A stretch of DNA of 64,000 bases, from positions 17,990 to 81,989 of the forward strand of contig JADHTQ010000004.1 in the NCBI GenBank assembly GCA_016784965.1, in the 5' to 3' direction. The stretch's first letter is position 1. Each line of letters opens with the position of its first letter. Positions 1 through 12,600 of the stretch are shown piece after piece. The position numbers and the translations under genes are program-made. Source of the stretch: Bacteriovoracaceae bacterium. GTDB taxonomy: Bacteria; Bdellovibrionota; Bacteriovoracia; Bacteriovoracales; Bacteriovoracaceae. The notes beneath the pieces are model-generated. The model made no database searches and had not been told where the DNA came from. It saw only the letters and a list, made by a program, of their open reading frames with translations.

Positions 1-1
1 A

Positions 2-529
2 CAAAAAATCGAGCCTCCTGACATTGAAGTTATCACTTTAAACCCACGTGATTATAGATTTTTCTTGTTAGATTTGTGGAATATGAGAGGTAAAAACATG
101 AAAGACTTCTCTGGTGAGGAGTATAACTACAACAGAAGAGTCATCGATGACTTAAATTATGCAGATCGCGAAAAGGCCTTAACCTTTTTTATCGAACACA
201 AGATGGTACATGCAGGTTCCAACCAGTTAACTGATGCTGCAAACAAATTTCTCCTTATTGAAAAAATTGCAGATGTGGTAGATCGTGGGATGTACCAAGA
301 TGCTAGGGCCGAGTTTGGCAAAAAGATGTTGCCTGCCAGTGAGTTTTTAAAAGATGATTTTGACCGAAAGCTTGCGAAATCACTGGAAGAGCACTACCAT
401 GAAATCATTAATGGCCATTTTGGTACGATACAAAACAGTAAACTAAAAATGAGAAAAAACTGTGCCGCTCTAGTAATGAGTATAATGAATGATATCGCCC
501 ATACAAGCAAAGCAAAACCAGCAATTTGA
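2..529 (+). CDS. 5'-truncated protein, paralog of 1006..1806 (possible HD-domain family)
   Basis: The frame is open from base 2 (QKIEPPDIEVITLNPRDYRFFLLDLWNMRG...). It aligns with QKIEPPRLNSRSTNPNDFRFFLLDLWNIRG of the ORF at 1006..1806, and similarity continues to the C-terminus. The ATG at 65 on the ORF track is therefore internal and the gene starts upstream of the window. Confidence 0.6.
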   Translation, partial: QKIEPPDIEVITLNPRDYRFFLLDLWNMRGKNMKDFSGEEYNYNRRVIDDLNYADREKALTFFIEHKMVHAGSNQLTDAANKFLLIEKIADVVDRGMYQDARAEFGKKMLPASEFLKDDFDRKLAKSLEEHYHEIINGHFGTIQNSKLKMRKNCAALVMSIMNDIAHTSKAKPAI

Positions 530-674
530 AGGTAACACGCCATAACTGGAGCCCAAACTGTTTTTGCTGCAGTTTTTTCTGTTGAATGTTTTTCATTTCT
601 GAACATTTGCCCTTTACGCATAGCGCATTCCAATGTACACTGTTATTTTTTTAACAAAGCTCAAGGTAAAAGAT

Positions 675-1019
675 ATGAATTGGCTAAAGTATATGTTGGT
701 TTTTGTACTAATCTCCAGTGCCCAAGCAACCACTGGTACACTCCTAGTTATTACTACCTCGTGGTGTCCAAGTTGTAAGAAGTTTGAAAAAGAAGTAGGG
801 CAAATGTATAACAAAACTGATGAGGCCAAACAGTTACAAATGATTAGAGTTTCCAAGGAAGAACTTGAAGATAGATACTTCCTAACCGCATACATGGTTC
901 CAACTTTCATTATTATCGATTCTGCTGAAAACGAAATTAATCGTTTTAGGGGATATCACTCAAGTGAAACATTTTGGATGAATATAGGTAATGCCTTAGG
1001 TGCGCTCAAAAAGCAGTAG
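675..1019 (+). CDS. secreted thioredoxin-fold protein (CPSC active site)
   Basis: WCPSCKKFEKE is a CxxC motif in thioredoxin-like context. MNWLKYMLVFVLISSAQA looks like a signal peptide. AAGGTAAAAGAT precedes the ATG at 675, which is preferred over the ORF-track start at 633. Confidence 0.6.
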   Translation: MNWLKYMLVFVLISSAQATTGTLLVITTSWCPSCKKFEKEVGQMYNKTDEAKQLQMIRVSKEELEDRYFLTAYMVPTFIIIDSAENEINRFRGYHSSETFWMNIGNALGALKKQ

Positions 1020-1806
1020 CACTAGCGCTTGCTGAACCATTCATGATACCCATGATTGCGCCGGCACAGTGTTTTCTCTGCTTCAATCTACTGTTACTAA
1101 TGGCAACAGCATTGCTGCCTATAACTTCATCGTAGTGCTCTTCAAGTGACCGAGCAAGCTCTCGTTCTAAGTCATCTGTCAGAAACTCACTAGCAAGCAA
1201 CATCTTCTTACCAAACTCCTTGCCAGTATTTTGATGCATTCCTCTATCAACTACATCCGCAACTTTTTCAACCAAGAAAAAACTTTTTGCACTGCTAGTT
1301 AGGTGCTGGCCATGAGGTTGAACCATTCCATTGTTTATAAAAAAAGTCATCGCCTTATTGTGATCTGACTCATTAAGCTTATCAATAACATTGCGATTAT
1401 AAGTATACTCATCTCCTTCAAAGTCTTTAAGGCTCTTGCCTCTTATATTCCATAGGTCCAGTAGAAAAAATCTAAAATCATTCGGGTTTGTACTTCTACT
1501 ATTAAGCCTTGGAGGTTCAATTTTTTGTCTATCGTGAAGTTTTAAAAACATCCTTAGTCGCTTTTTATCCAAATCACCAAATCTTTTTGGATGCAGCCGA
1601 ACTAACTCGAGTCCCAAATATTCAACTCTAATAATATGAAATTCAATTTCTCTTTGAAACGTCATTATATTATTAGCGCTTTGGGTGGAAATCTGATCCA
1701 GCCGCTGTGCAGCTTCTGGACTGAAGTTTACAAACAGTGTTAAAAAAAGCCACACTATTATCTGAAATCTATAATTCACTAACGTCCCTCTACCACTGTT
1801 TGACAA
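1006..1806 (-). CDS. secreted protein, possible HD-domain phosphohydrolase fold; full-length paralog of 2..529
   Basis: N-terminal hydrophobic signal-like segment (IIVWLFLTLFVNFSPEAAQ). H...(about 35 aa)...LHDRQK spacing resembles the H-x-HD signature. High similarity to the truncated ORF at the window start. The 3' end overlaps the thioredoxin-like gene by 14 nt, convergent. Confidence 0.5.
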   Translation of the reverse strand: MSNSGRGTLVNYRFQIIVWLFLTLFVNFSPEAAQRLDQISTQSANNIMTFQREIEFHIIRVEYLGLELVRLHPKRFGDLDKKRLRMFLKLHDRQKIEPPRLNSRSTNPNDFRFFLLDLWNIRGKSLKDFEGDEYTYNRNVIDKLNESDHNKAMTFFINNGMVQPHGQHLTSSAKSFFLVEKVADVVDRGMHQNTGKEFGKKMLLASEFLTDDLERELARSLEEHYDEVIGSNAVAISNSRLKQRKHCAGAIMGIMNGSASASATAF

Positions 1807-1894
1807 CTAATCTTATAAGGGGTGATTTGAACATAACTTCATTAAGTAACTATTACAAAAGTGTGTTAGTTCGTTCATAGTGCACAGGAGTAAA

Positions 1895-3784
1895 TTATTT
1901 AACAAAAAATTTTAATTCAGCCAGCGTAAAATCTTTAGTGTAAATGCGTTTATAATTCCAATAATTTCTGAGTACTCTTTTTACATAGTTTCTAGTTTCA
2001 GGGTAAGGGATACGCTCAATGTTTTCATCCCAAGGCCCCCTGAATATTTTTTTTCTCCTCCACTTTCGTACTCTGTGCGGCCCGGCATTGTAGGCAGCAA
2101 GACTTAATATGATGTTGTTATCAAAGCGTTTCAAGAGTTTTTTAAAATATCTAGTTCCTACATATATATTAGTTTTTGGGTTAAATAATTGTTTACTTTT
2201 TTTCATTTTCCGTATTATTTGTCGACCAACTGAAGGCAAAACTTGCATGAGCCCCAGGGCATTTGCTACAGATTGTGCCTTAGGATTGTATAAAGACTCT
2301 TTTTTTATAATTCCCAGGGCCAAATATTTATCTATGGGTGAGCTCTCCAAGTACTCCAGGTGCACTTGTGGGTAAAATATTTTGGGATATTTTTTTAAAA
2401 CTGGCAATAACTCCTCTTGTGGATACTCATAAAGAAAATTAAATGATTCATAGTGTTTTCCTTGGGCATGCATCTCTTTGACTAATACAAGAGCATTGCT
2501 CAATTCTTGTTTAAAATCTTTTAGGTGCTTTAGATAGTGGTCAGACACTTCATCACTGCTTAAGCGTAAAAACCAAAGCTCCTTTGGTAGTTTGTCCACT
2601 TTAAACTCATCCACCACTACTTTTGGAACTTGTTGAATTCGAGCAGACGCTATTAGGGCATAATATCCCAAGTGGTTTATTTCAATAAGCTGCTTAAAGA
2701 CTTCTTGGGCCTCTTTCTTTTTGTTTTTCTTTCCTAGAAGTCTTGCGTACCAATAGAGAATGCGCTGCTTATCTCGCTCCCACTTTAAACGTGTTAAGTC
2801 CTGCTTGATTACTTTTTCAAGAAGCTCCAAATCTCCTTGCTGGTAAGCAAATTGGGCCACATCGAAAACTATTTTACTAAAATATTTATCCTCTTCCTTT
2901 GAAAGATATGCGGTGGACAGCTTTAAAAATCTATTGGACTCAAGTGTGCGCTTTAAGTCTCTAAGTATTAGACTTTTAACCCATAACAAGTAGGCAAAAT
3001 TTTGTTTTTTGTAGACCTTAATTAACTTCTCAATTCGTGCTAAAGCAGTCTTTTTGCGTCCTCTGGTCCAATGAGTGATTAAGGCATTGAGTGAGTGTTT
3101 AAAGTATGCTTGCTTGTCTTTAGTAAAAAATTTTGCAAATTTTTCACTCTGCTTTATATACTCATTAGATCCATGAATCAGCTTTGAAATTTGAGTAATT
3201 TCAAATGAGACTTTGGCATTTTCTTGTGGAGTAAGCTTAAGTTTTTGCCACCCCCTTTTTAAGTATTTATATGCCTTTTTGTAATTTCGATTTTTTTTGA
3301 AGTCACGTCCTACCAAAATGAAATTTGTTAGTTTTGGTCGCTTAATTAGGCGCGGAGAAATCTGCATTAAATAGGCCCGAAGTTGTGGGGTAAATTTTTT
3401 GGGTACAACTTTTATTGCATTATTAATTTGCTCTTCTGCTTTGGCCTGCTCTGGTTGTAGTTTTGCTTTTTTGATACTCAGCTTACAAAATTGATCATAA
3501 CTTTTTTGCTCAAGGGCCAAATCAGCTTTAAGTGTTAAATAAAGGGAGCTCGACCAGTGGTCAGGGGGCAACTCACTATTCATACTTGTAATAATTTTTG
3601 TGCAATAACGATCATGGTAATACTTGAAAATAGCTGCCACTTCTTTGTTTTTGTACTTAGGTTTAGAAGTTAAGTCTTTACAAGCACTTTCTTTGGATAC
3701 GATTAATTTGTCTAATAGCTCCAAAGAATCAAATGGATAAGCTAGGTAAGGGACAAATAATATTAATAATAATAAATTTCTCAT
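1895..3784 (-). CDS. slt: soluble lytic murein transglycosylase (Slt70-like)
   Basis: C-terminal SLT motifs: KKESLYNPKAQSVANALGLMQVLP (catalytic Glu-Ser, GLMQ) and AAYNAGPHRV. Long helical-repeat N-terminal region and a signal peptide. Confidence 0.8.
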   Translation of the reverse strand: MRNLLLLILFVPYLAYPFDSLELLDKLIVSKESACKDLTSKPKYKNKEVAAIFKYYHDRYCTKIITSMNSELPPDHWSSSLYLTLKADLALEQKSYDQFCKLSIKKAKLQPEQAKAEEQINNAIKVVPKKFTPQLRAYLMQISPRLIKRPKLTNFILVGRDFKKNRNYKKAYKYLKRGWQKLKLTPQENAKVSFEITQISKLIHGSNEYIKQSEKFAKFFTKDKQAYFKHSLNALITHWTRGRKKTALARIEKLIKVYKKQNFAYLLWVKSLILRDLKRTLESNRFLKLSTAYLSKEEDKYFSKIVFDVAQFAYQQGDLELLEKVIKQDLTRLKWERDKQRILYWYARLLGKKNKKKEAQEVFKQLIEINHLGYYALIASARIQQVPKVVVDEFKVDKLPKELWFLRLSSDEVSDHYLKHLKDFKQELSNALVLVKEMHAQGKHYESFNFLYEYPQEELLPVLKKYPKIFYPQVHLEYLESSPIDKYLALGIIKKESLYNPKAQSVANALGLMQVLPSVGRQIIRKMKKSKQLFNPKTNIYVGTRYFKKLLKRFDNNIILSLAAYNAGPHRVRKWRRKKIFRGPWDENIERIPYPETRNYVKRVLRNYWNYKRIYTKDFTLAELKFFVK

Positions 3785-3909
3785 TATGTTAAAACATTAT
3801 ACCTAAGCAGAGTATAAGGGCCAGGATCATCTAATCAATTTGATTTATTGCAAGTTTCTTTGTAATGTGTGAGTTCGTTTTATATGGGTGTTTTGCTGGA
3901 GGAAGAGCT

Positions 3910-5598
3910 ATGAGTCAAAAAAAAATGGGAACTGATATTCAAATTGCACGCGAAGCGTCAATGAGGCCAATTCAAGAAATTGGTAAGATACTTAATATCC
4001 CAGATGAGGATCTCTTTCAGTATGGACCCCACAAGGCCAAAATTAGTGGGCGCTACATAAACTCACTGCAAAGCAAGCAAGATGAAGGAAAACTGATTCT
4101 TGTAACCGCCATTACTCCCACACCTGCAGGCGAGGGTAAAACGACCACAACCATAGGGTTAGGAGACGCCTTAAACCGTATCGGTAAAAAAGCAATTATG
4201 TGTCTTAGAGAGCCAAGTCTTGGTCCGTGTTTTGGCGTTAAAGGTGGTGCCGCTGGTGGAGGATACTCACAAGTTGTTCCCATGGAGGACATTAACCTGC
4301 ACTTTACAGGTGACTTTCATGCAATTGGGGCAGCCAATAATTTGTTGGCAGCTGCTATTGATAATCATATTTATTGGGGCAATGAGCTGCAAATTGATGA
4401 GCGGCGAATTGAGTGGAATCGCGTTGTCGACATGAACGATCGCGCTTTAAGAAATGTCGTGTGTTCTCTTGGGGGCTTAAGTAACGGTTATCCCAGAGAA
4501 GATAGCTATGATATTACAGTTGCCAGTGAGGTGATGGCAATTTTTTGTTTAGCAGAAACTCTAGATGATCTACAAAAAAAGTTGGGAAATATTATCGTCG
4601 CATACACTAGAGGCAAAAAACCCATTACGGCCCGGGACCTTAAGATGGACGGTGCTATGACTGTTTTACTTAAAGATGCTTTTATGCCCAATTTGGTACA
4701 AACTCTAGAAAATAATCCCGTGATGATTCATGGTGGGCCATTTGCCAATATCGCTCATGGATGCAACTCTGTGATCGCCACAAAATCAGCGCTAAAAATG
4801 GCAGATTATGTGGTAACTGAAGCTGGCTTTGGAGCTGATCTCGGTGCTGAGAAATTTTTTAACATAAAGTGCAGAAAAGCTAAGCTTAAACCTGCTGCAA
4901 CAGTTGTAGTTGGTACAATTAGAGCTTTAAAGATGCAAGGTGGAGTGAAAAAGGCCGATCTTGCGCTGGAAAATACTGCTGCCTTAAAAGATGGCTTTGT
5001 AAACCTTGCACGTCATATTGAAAATATTAGAAAATTTAAAGTTCCAGTTGTGGTGGCCATTAATAAATTTGTTAGCGATACAGATGAAGAAGTTCAAACT
5101 CTTACAAAGTGTTGTAATGATATAAATGTGGATGTATTTTTATGTACCCACTGGTCAGACGGTGGCGCTGGCACGCAAGAGCTTGCCGAGCATGTCGTTA
5201 AAATGGTTGATAAGCATGATAGCGACTTTAAGTATTTGTACCAAGATGACTTAGAGCTGATTGAAAAGGTGAGAACCATTGCCCAGGATATTTATGGCGC
5301 TGATGATATCTCTTTAGACAAAAAAGTAACAAAAAAGCTTTCTGATCTGCAGGGCAGCGGCTTTGGACATCTACCTGTTTGTATGGCAAAAACTCAATAT
5401 AGTTTTTCTACCGATCCAAAAGCATTGGGTGCGCCATCAAAATTTATTGTACCCATCAAAAATGTCCGTTTATCGGCCGGTGCTGAGTTTGTGGTTATTA
5501 TAACTGGAGATGTTATGACTATGCCGGGCCTTCCACGGGTTCCTGCTGCAAACCATATCGGACTCGACAGCAATGGTAACGTTGAAGGACTTTTTTAA
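3910..5598 (+). CDS. fhs: formate--tetrahydrofolate ligase
   Basis: [16 protein letters not shown]-loop and full-length FTHFS-like sequence. GGAGG precedes the ATG at 3910 ([16 protein letters not shown]), preferred over the ORF-track start at 3865. Confidence 0.93.
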   Translation: MSQKKMGTDIQIAREASMRPIQEIGKILNIPDEDLFQYGPHKAKISGRYINSLQSKQDEGKLILVTAITPTPAGEGKTTTTIGLGDALNRIGKKAIMCLREPSLGPCFGVKGGAAGGGYSQVVPMEDINLHFTGDFHAIGAANNLLAAAIDNHIYWGNELQIDERRIEWNRVVDMNDRALRNVVCSLGGLSNGYPREDSYDITVASEVMAIFCLAETLDDLQKKLGNIIVAYTRGKKPITARDLKMDGAMTVLLKDAFMPNLVQTLENNPVMIHGGPFANIAHGCNSVIATKSALKMADYVVTEAGFGADLGAEKFFNIKCRKAKLKPAATVVVGTIRALKMQGGVKKADLALENTAALKDGFVNLARHIENIRKFKVPVVVAINKFVSDTDEEVQTLTKCCNDINVDVFLCTHWSDGGAGTQELAEHVVKMVDKHDSDFKYLYQDDLELIEKVRTIAQDIYGADDISLDKKVTKKLSDLQGSGFGHLPVCMAKTQYSFSTDPKALGAPSKFIVPIKNVRLSAGAEFVVIITGDVMTMPGLPRVPAANHIGLDSNGNVEGLF

Positions 5599-5657
5599 AT
5601 TTCAATCGAACTATTATAAAATCTTAATTATTTATTCATAATTCTTACTTACCAGCT

Positions 5658-6647
5658 ATGTATATAACTTTTATGTACAAATTGCTTATGCTACTCACTC
5701 TGATTATTTATCACGCCCAGCAAGTTGCACTTGGAACAACAGGGCTTATGACCAACTGTCACAGCAATTTAATGCATCTATTATTTGACCGAACCATTGA
5801 CAGTGCGATGCAAGCGCCCCTACCAATAAAGCAAACTGTGCGGGGGTTGTTTCCTGAAGAACTTTTTCAAACAGGGATTGTGTACTTTAAAGATGAACGG
5901 ATAGGTCCTTTGGAAAATGGTGAATACATATATCTTATTGATCACCATGACCGCATCAATATTGCTTTGCGCGTACCGACGCTTCAAGCAAATAGTGAGC
6001 GCTACCTTGCCTCTCACCTAGGCCTTCATAATCATTTGTTGCAAATTGCTCATGTTAGAGGACAACTAGGTGTCGTATCTCCTACTCTTAAAAAGTCAAT
6101 AAAAACACCATTACGCCAACTATTTGTACTCGCAGCTGGAGAATTTCGAGTAGTTAATAAAACTGTTATAAAAATGAACAACCGTTCTGGCTCGTGGAGA
6201 GGAAACAACACTCATTTGGATTATGCTCGTTATAAACTAGCTAATGCTGGTTTAGAGATTCACCCTGAAGCAAGAATATTAGATGAAGGGAAAAAAGCAA
6301 GTAACTTGGAGCATGTAGATGCCAGAAAAAAGGGCAAAATTATCTATCAAATACGTAGTGATGAGCACTCAAACTATACTGCAGAAAAAATTAACACATT
6401 TTATAATTTATTAATGACAAGGTTTGCAACTGGCCAACCTGGGGATTTCGACATCAATAAACTTCTTGAGGTCATACATGTTAATAAAATGCCAGATGAG
6501 TATTTTGTAACAATCCTAGGAGCACATGGATCGATAATGAGTGAGGGGGTTGAGTATTTTCTCTATCAAGTTAACAAGCCAAACAGTCATTTTCCACTTG
6601 ATAAGCTACTTGAAACCATCGATATTTTAACCAATATACTCAATTAG
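5658..6647 (+). CDS. hypothetical secreted protein
   Basis: 329-aa ORF with a hydrophobic N-terminus (LLMLLTLIIYHAQQVALG). No recognisable motifs. Its stop overlaps the convergent giant gene by 4 nt. Confidence 0.45.
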   Translation: MYITFMYKLLMLLTLIIYHAQQVALGTTGLMTNCHSNLMHLLFDRTIDSAMQAPLPIKQTVRGLFPEELFQTGIVYFKDERIGPLENGEYIYLIDHHDRINIALRVPTLQANSERYLASHLGLHNHLLQIAHVRGQLGVVSPTLKKSIKTPLRQLFVLAAGEFRVVNKTVIKMNNRSGSWRGNNTHLDYARYKLANAGLEIHPEARILDEGKKASNLEHVDARKKGKIIYQIRSDEHSNYTAEKINTFYNLLMTRFATGQPGDFDINKLLEVIHVNKMPDEYFVTILGAHGSIMSEGVEYFLYQVNKPNSHFPLDKLLETIDILTNILN

Positions 6648-9600
6648 TATTCAATAGGAGTAGCACATCTAAAGCCAATTTCCTCTGAGTCATACTTATA
6701 AGGACTCACTACTTCTAGTGAATATCTACCGGCATTGCCTTTATTAGGCTCTTCATTAGGCTCTTCGACATCATACCTAAAGCTTCCTCCCGTTACAAAA
6801 CCACCAACGCCTGGATTTATAATTTCAGGAAACAAAGATAGCACTTCCAAACCATTAACTTCTGCTGTGATAAATAGATCATTAGAGGTCAAAGTGAGAC
6901 CCCACGATGGGCTTTGAGGTTGATAAATGGGAAGTCCTGCATTATGAGGAACTGTACGATCAATTAGGTTGACAATTACTAAACCGTTATTTCTATCTGA
7001 AATGTAGACATAATTATTTTTAACCTCTATGTATCTAGCATCTGGATTTGTTGCATAACCTGAGAATGTGCTAACCACCTCTTTTGGTGAAGAGCTAAGG
7101 TCGACCACCATTAATCCCTCTACCCCGTAAGCAACATAAGCGTAATTTGCATCCATGGCCACATCATAAGCAATTGCAGTGGCATTTTCTGACACAATTG
7201 TGTTGCTATCACTGACAGGGGCATTAGGTAGTGTTATATCGACAAACACCACACCATTTACTCCGTCGGCCACTACTGCCAAATTGCCATTTACATCTAC
7301 ACCTAGGGCCTGTTGTGATTCTATATATGTAGATAGAAGCTGTGGGGTATTGCCGCTGGCCAGTAGTGCTTGAGTGACATTTAAAATGACAAGTCCGCCC
7401 TGATCATCAGCTACATAAGCAACATCTTGACCAATGCCGTCGTGGTATTGGTGAATGATATCTTTTGCACTACCTAGTGTATCATATGTATTTAAATTAC
7501 TTGAGTCAAAAATACTAGCACTATCTCTAAGCCCCATCGTTATAATACCATCTGGTCCAAACGCACCCAATACATTTGATGTGCCAACCAATGCTAGTTT
7601 TAAAGCAGGCCCTGCAAGTGAGGTGTAACTATCCACTCCACTGCCATCTTCTGTTTTATAGACACGCAACCCTGCTAACCCTTCAGCTACTATTGCATAT
7701 TCAGTACCATCATTTTTATTGACGACTACCACATCTTGCACAGTCCCCCCCCCTGTGGCGGCTATAGTATAACTGAGCTTGGGTTCTGGCATTGTGGTCT
7801 CATCTAACAGTAATTTGTCGGTATCAAATATATAAACGTCATCGTGAAGGTTCTCCGCTGGCAGAGTAGCACCTTCTCCTGTAAGCAAAAAGGTGCTAAA
7901 GTCTGGAGAAGCTTGACTATCGGCCGGAAGCCCCATGGGTAGAAAGAATTTCTTGGCATCAAACTGGGGTTCTGCAATTTTCCATGAACCAATGGCAGTA
8001 TTGGGGTCACACACACCGTCTGGTTCTATCTTGCCCTCAGCATCTAAAACATCGGCACATGGACCAGTTATTTGACTAACATTTGGGTCACCTAGACTGT
8101 AGCGAAAAGGGATACCCTTGCTAAAAAAACTAAAGTCATCACTGGCACCTGCTAAAAAGTACTCCTCATTAAAATCTTCGGAAACTTGTGAACAATACCT
8201 ACCATCTTCTAACGCGCAAAAAATACGATCACTCGTCCACTCTTTGACGTTGCCTACCATGTCTTGTACACCATATCTTGAAACGCAGGACCTAGTGTTT
8301 GTCGAGGCGGTCACTACTAATCTAATGCCTGTTGAGTAAATTCCTGGTAAATAATCACCAAGACCTGACGCAGGTAAGTTTGTATTGGTAAATAAAAGTC
8401 CATCTAGCAAATCAGTGTTACAGACTTCTTCTTCAACGTTAGCAATCGATGCATGATCTGTACTATTCCAAGCCGTTGTTGCAATTTGCTCCTTTCTACT
8501 AAGTAGACGTGCAGAAAATGCTAAGGAGCTAAGCTGGGTAAAGTTTAGATCGTTTACTGTCGAGTTGCACATTAGTTGAGCTTCTAATTGGTTGAGGTGA
8601 GTAAGTGGTGGAAGTTTGGCCTTATTAAATTGCATGTTTATGAATGCGCCCATATCAGCTGGATCAGTGGAGTCGTGCTGTCCTCTTCTAACATCGGCTA
8701 TGGTTTCCCACTCCGTGCTGCCGGCCGATATGCTGGTTAGACATTCGCCAGTAGAGCGGTCGTAGTAGAATCTGTCGGCTTCCTGGGCAACAACGTTATC
8801 TGACGGGTCTGTAACCCCTAAACAACCATTGCCAGAACAAACTGTAGTGCCACTAAAATTACAACCTGCTTCAAAACGATCTACCAACAGGTCGTAACCT
8901 AGATCGTAGTAGTCAGTATAGCCATTACTAGCGGGGTCAGTAATCTCTCTAAAATTACCAGGTCCTGAGTATTCACACCTAAAATGGTTAAAGCGATCGG
9001 TTTCTCTACCAATCTTACCACAAATTTCTTGGTTGACACTCCACCGATGTATTAAGGCCTTGTTAGGAGGCGGTATTACTATACGTACGCTTTTTAAATC
9101 CACTTCATTTGTGGCGGTTATTATCCCATTAATCACAGGACGCACGCGGTACCACTTAACTTCTCCAGTTGTCAGATCTGGGTCGACTAGATTTGTATCG
9201 CTGTAAGTCCTACTAGCACTATCTTCCAAAATGAGTATGGGACTGGCAAAATCAAAATTGTTATCGTTGCTATCTGGAGCCATCTTCCTAGAGCGATATA
9301 CCGCCCAGCCTGTTGAAGATACGGGTGTTATGACATCGTCAATATTTTCATAAGCTATAACGTCAGACCAGTTAAATTTTAATTGCGCTTTTCCGGCATC
9401 TCCATCTTGAAGAATATCATTGGCATCTCGCTTGCTGCCAATTGCACCGATAAAGCCCCAACCACCATGAGTGGCGACCGCATTTTGTACAGACACTTTA
9501 ATTGTCTCAGTCACTATCTCTGTCGGGGTTGCATCATCTCTGATTTCAATGATTATGTTGGCATCTCCAATGTGTGTCCCACTTTCCAAGTCAGTATTTG

Positions 9601-12600
9601 GAACGATGTCTAAAAACATTTTACCACTCATAAGTGAGAGATCGTTGGCGTCTAATACATTGTAATTTGGGTCTAGATCATTAGTATCATCGATGTAGTT
9701 TGTATCAATCGTTGCACGGTCAAAGATCAGGTCTGTAAAGTCTGTGCCGTTAACATTGATTCGATTAGTCCACGCCATGGCCCGATTCTTTCCAAAATAG
9801 ACACGTATATTATCACTGGGAAATAATGTGGGATTATCAACCGAAACTCTGACTTCTACGCCTTGAATATCCTCGTCAATGCCTCCACCTTCATCTACAT
9901 CGAAGGAAAGATAGATTCCAGAACTGCGATTTGTTTTAAATACTTCGTCTTCTAAGACTATATAACTGTCATTCGCTGTATTGCGAGCAATTGTGGGTTT
10001 GTCATTAACTGACGTTACATCGAGCTTAAAAACTGCAGCAACGGTATTTACATCCCAACACTGAGGATCTGGCAGCCCATCTTGATCACATACATCAACA
10101 GTAAAAATAATACCGTTGGTGTCTTGTGTGGAATAATTGTCATTGGGGGTAACCTTTAATTGCACGCTTGCACTGTTGGCGTCAAGACCTCGATCATTTA
10201 CTGTAAAATAACTCACCGTCGTCGTAGAGGTCTGTGACATGGAGGTTCCACCCCATGTTGCCTCTAGGGTAAAGTTATCAAGCATATTTGTATCGTTGGG
10301 GTTGTCCACTGGTGTTGAGGTAACTTTAAGCTTCATTCCTTGATAGTCTTCACTTACTCCCCCTCCCTCATCAATTTGAAAGGCCACATCTAAGGTGTTA
10401 TTTTCTAAAATAGTGAACGCATTGGGATCACTGGGCACTAAAGCTATGGTGGGCAAGTCATCATTTGGATCCCAGTCAATTGTAAAAGTCTGATAAACGT
10501 CAAAGGTCCGTGGTGTTGCACTTTCATCAGATAACTCTACCTTAAACTCTACTGTCCCATTGTAATCAACATTGGAGCTAAGAGAGATTTCTACTGGTAT
10601 GTTGGCATCACTGTCATGAGTACTAGCACCTGCTGCCTCTGTACTGGTATATACATTTGATCCACTGCCACCTACATTGATATCCAGCTCATCATTTACT
10701 ACACTTTGATCGCTTGATGTAATCCTAATGGTTACTTGTTGATCATCTTCATCAGCTCCCCCACCTTCATCCAAGGTTAGAAAAAAGTTTACTGGACTGC
10801 CTTCTGGTATATTGTTGCGATTGAGCAAAACATTTGGTTCATAAAAAACAGGAGGGTCATCAACTGGTTGAATTGTCACCCTTAGTGTAACATTGGGATC
10901 CTCATCGATATCTGGAACTTGTCCATCATCACTGATGCAAATTGTAAGGTCTACAGGTGTGGGGGGATCTTGGCTAGTGGTGTTTATGTCTGGGTTTGCC
11001 GGTAAAAAAGAAAGTGTCAGAAGTGATGAGTTGGCATCACTACTTCCATCGCCCACATAATAGACCAGGTAATTAGGGTCAGTGTTGCTTCTAAGTAAAG
11101 TCGTGCCTCCCCACTTGGCCTGTATATCTGAGAGACTAACAAAGTTTGAGTCACTTGTATAAACTCTCAGAAAAATGCTTTGTGAGTCTTCAGCACTGCC
11201 TCCACCTTCGTCTATTAGAAGGTTGGCATCATGTGGGATAGTGATACCTTCATCTATAGTTATGTTAAAGTTTTCTTGCGAAGAAATTGTTGGCTCATCA
11301 TTTACATCTAAAACAATAATTTTAAAGTTTTTGCTCACAACTCCAGGTTCGGCTGGATCCCAAGTCATCGTCTCTGAATCTTTAAGAAGCATTGTAAATG
11401 AAACTGGTGTTTCAGAGTAGACATGTTCCCCATTTGCCACTAACTCCAACCGCAGTGGAAAGTTTGAGGAATCTACACTGCCATCACCTATAGCAAAAAC
11501 ACCATTTCCATCTGCCACGATACTACTGCCGTTCCAAGAGGCAGTAACATCATTGATATCAAAAACACTTGGATTGCTGCTTGATAATTTAAACTCTAAC
11601 GACTGATAGTTTTCAAAATCCAAGCCTCCTTCATCTGTAGTGAAACTAACAACTGCATTATTTGGATCATCTTCATTAATTGTTAATGCCTCACCAGTAT
11701 AATCTGGATCTGAAATAGTCGGAGGATCGTTTACTGGGTTTATCGTTACATTAAATGATACTTTTTGTGATGTAGGCCAGTCATCGTTATCATTGGACTC
11801 GTTGACTGTGACCGTAATCAAAACAGGTTCAATATTTCCGGTTACAAGTGAAGTTGAGGTGGCATCAGTTGGAGGTGTTATATTTAGCTGCAAATCACTA
11901 ATGAGAGCATCCATATTACCATCTCCCACAAAAAACGTTTCGGTGGGAGTGTCGCCTGATCTACTTAAAGTAACTCCATTCCATACTGCACTAATTGCAG
12001 AAGTTGGTATTTGCTGGATATTACTCGATGTTACCTGTATTGCTAATGATTGGTAGTTTTCACCGCTACTGCCCCCCTCATCTATTCTAAATTTGTGGCC
12101 TATTAAACTAGTATCTTCGAGGATATTGGCGTCACCAGACAGGTTTACTATGGTTGGCCGGTCATCAATTGATGCCCATGTAAGCTGTCTTGTCTCTATC
12201 GTCTTATTGATGCCATCATCTACTTCGATCGTAAAATTTAAAGTCCCTTCAAAGTCGGGATTTACTCCGGGAGTAACTTTCACGGAAATTAACGAAGAGT
12301 TTGCATCCTCATCGTCAGGCTCAATAAATGTATTGGTTCTTGTATCATTTACATCAATGTGGGCCCTACTATCTACTACCGCCTGATTTGGTGCAGTTAT
12401 TGTAACCTGTACTCTTTGTCCATCTTCATCTTCTCCTCCACCTTCATCAACACGAATATTAAAGTTAATATCTGCTCCCTCAGAAGCACGAAGCAAATCT
12501 GGGGTCACACTAACTAATTTTGGCGAATCATTATCTGCATTAATTGTCCAGTTCAAAAAGGCAGGACCAGCATAAGTAGGGGCAAAATTTGGGTCACCAC

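Noticed and set aside
65-529. ORF-track start at the ATG at 65 for the first gene
   Set aside because: The frame is open back to base 2, and the upstream residues align with the paralog at 1006..1806. The gene is therefore truncated by the window edge and the ATG is internal.
3865-3909. N-terminal extension of fhs ([15 protein letters not shown])
   Set aside because: GGAGG sits inside it at the correct distance from the ATG at 3910, and FTHFS proteins begin near MSxK...DIEIA.
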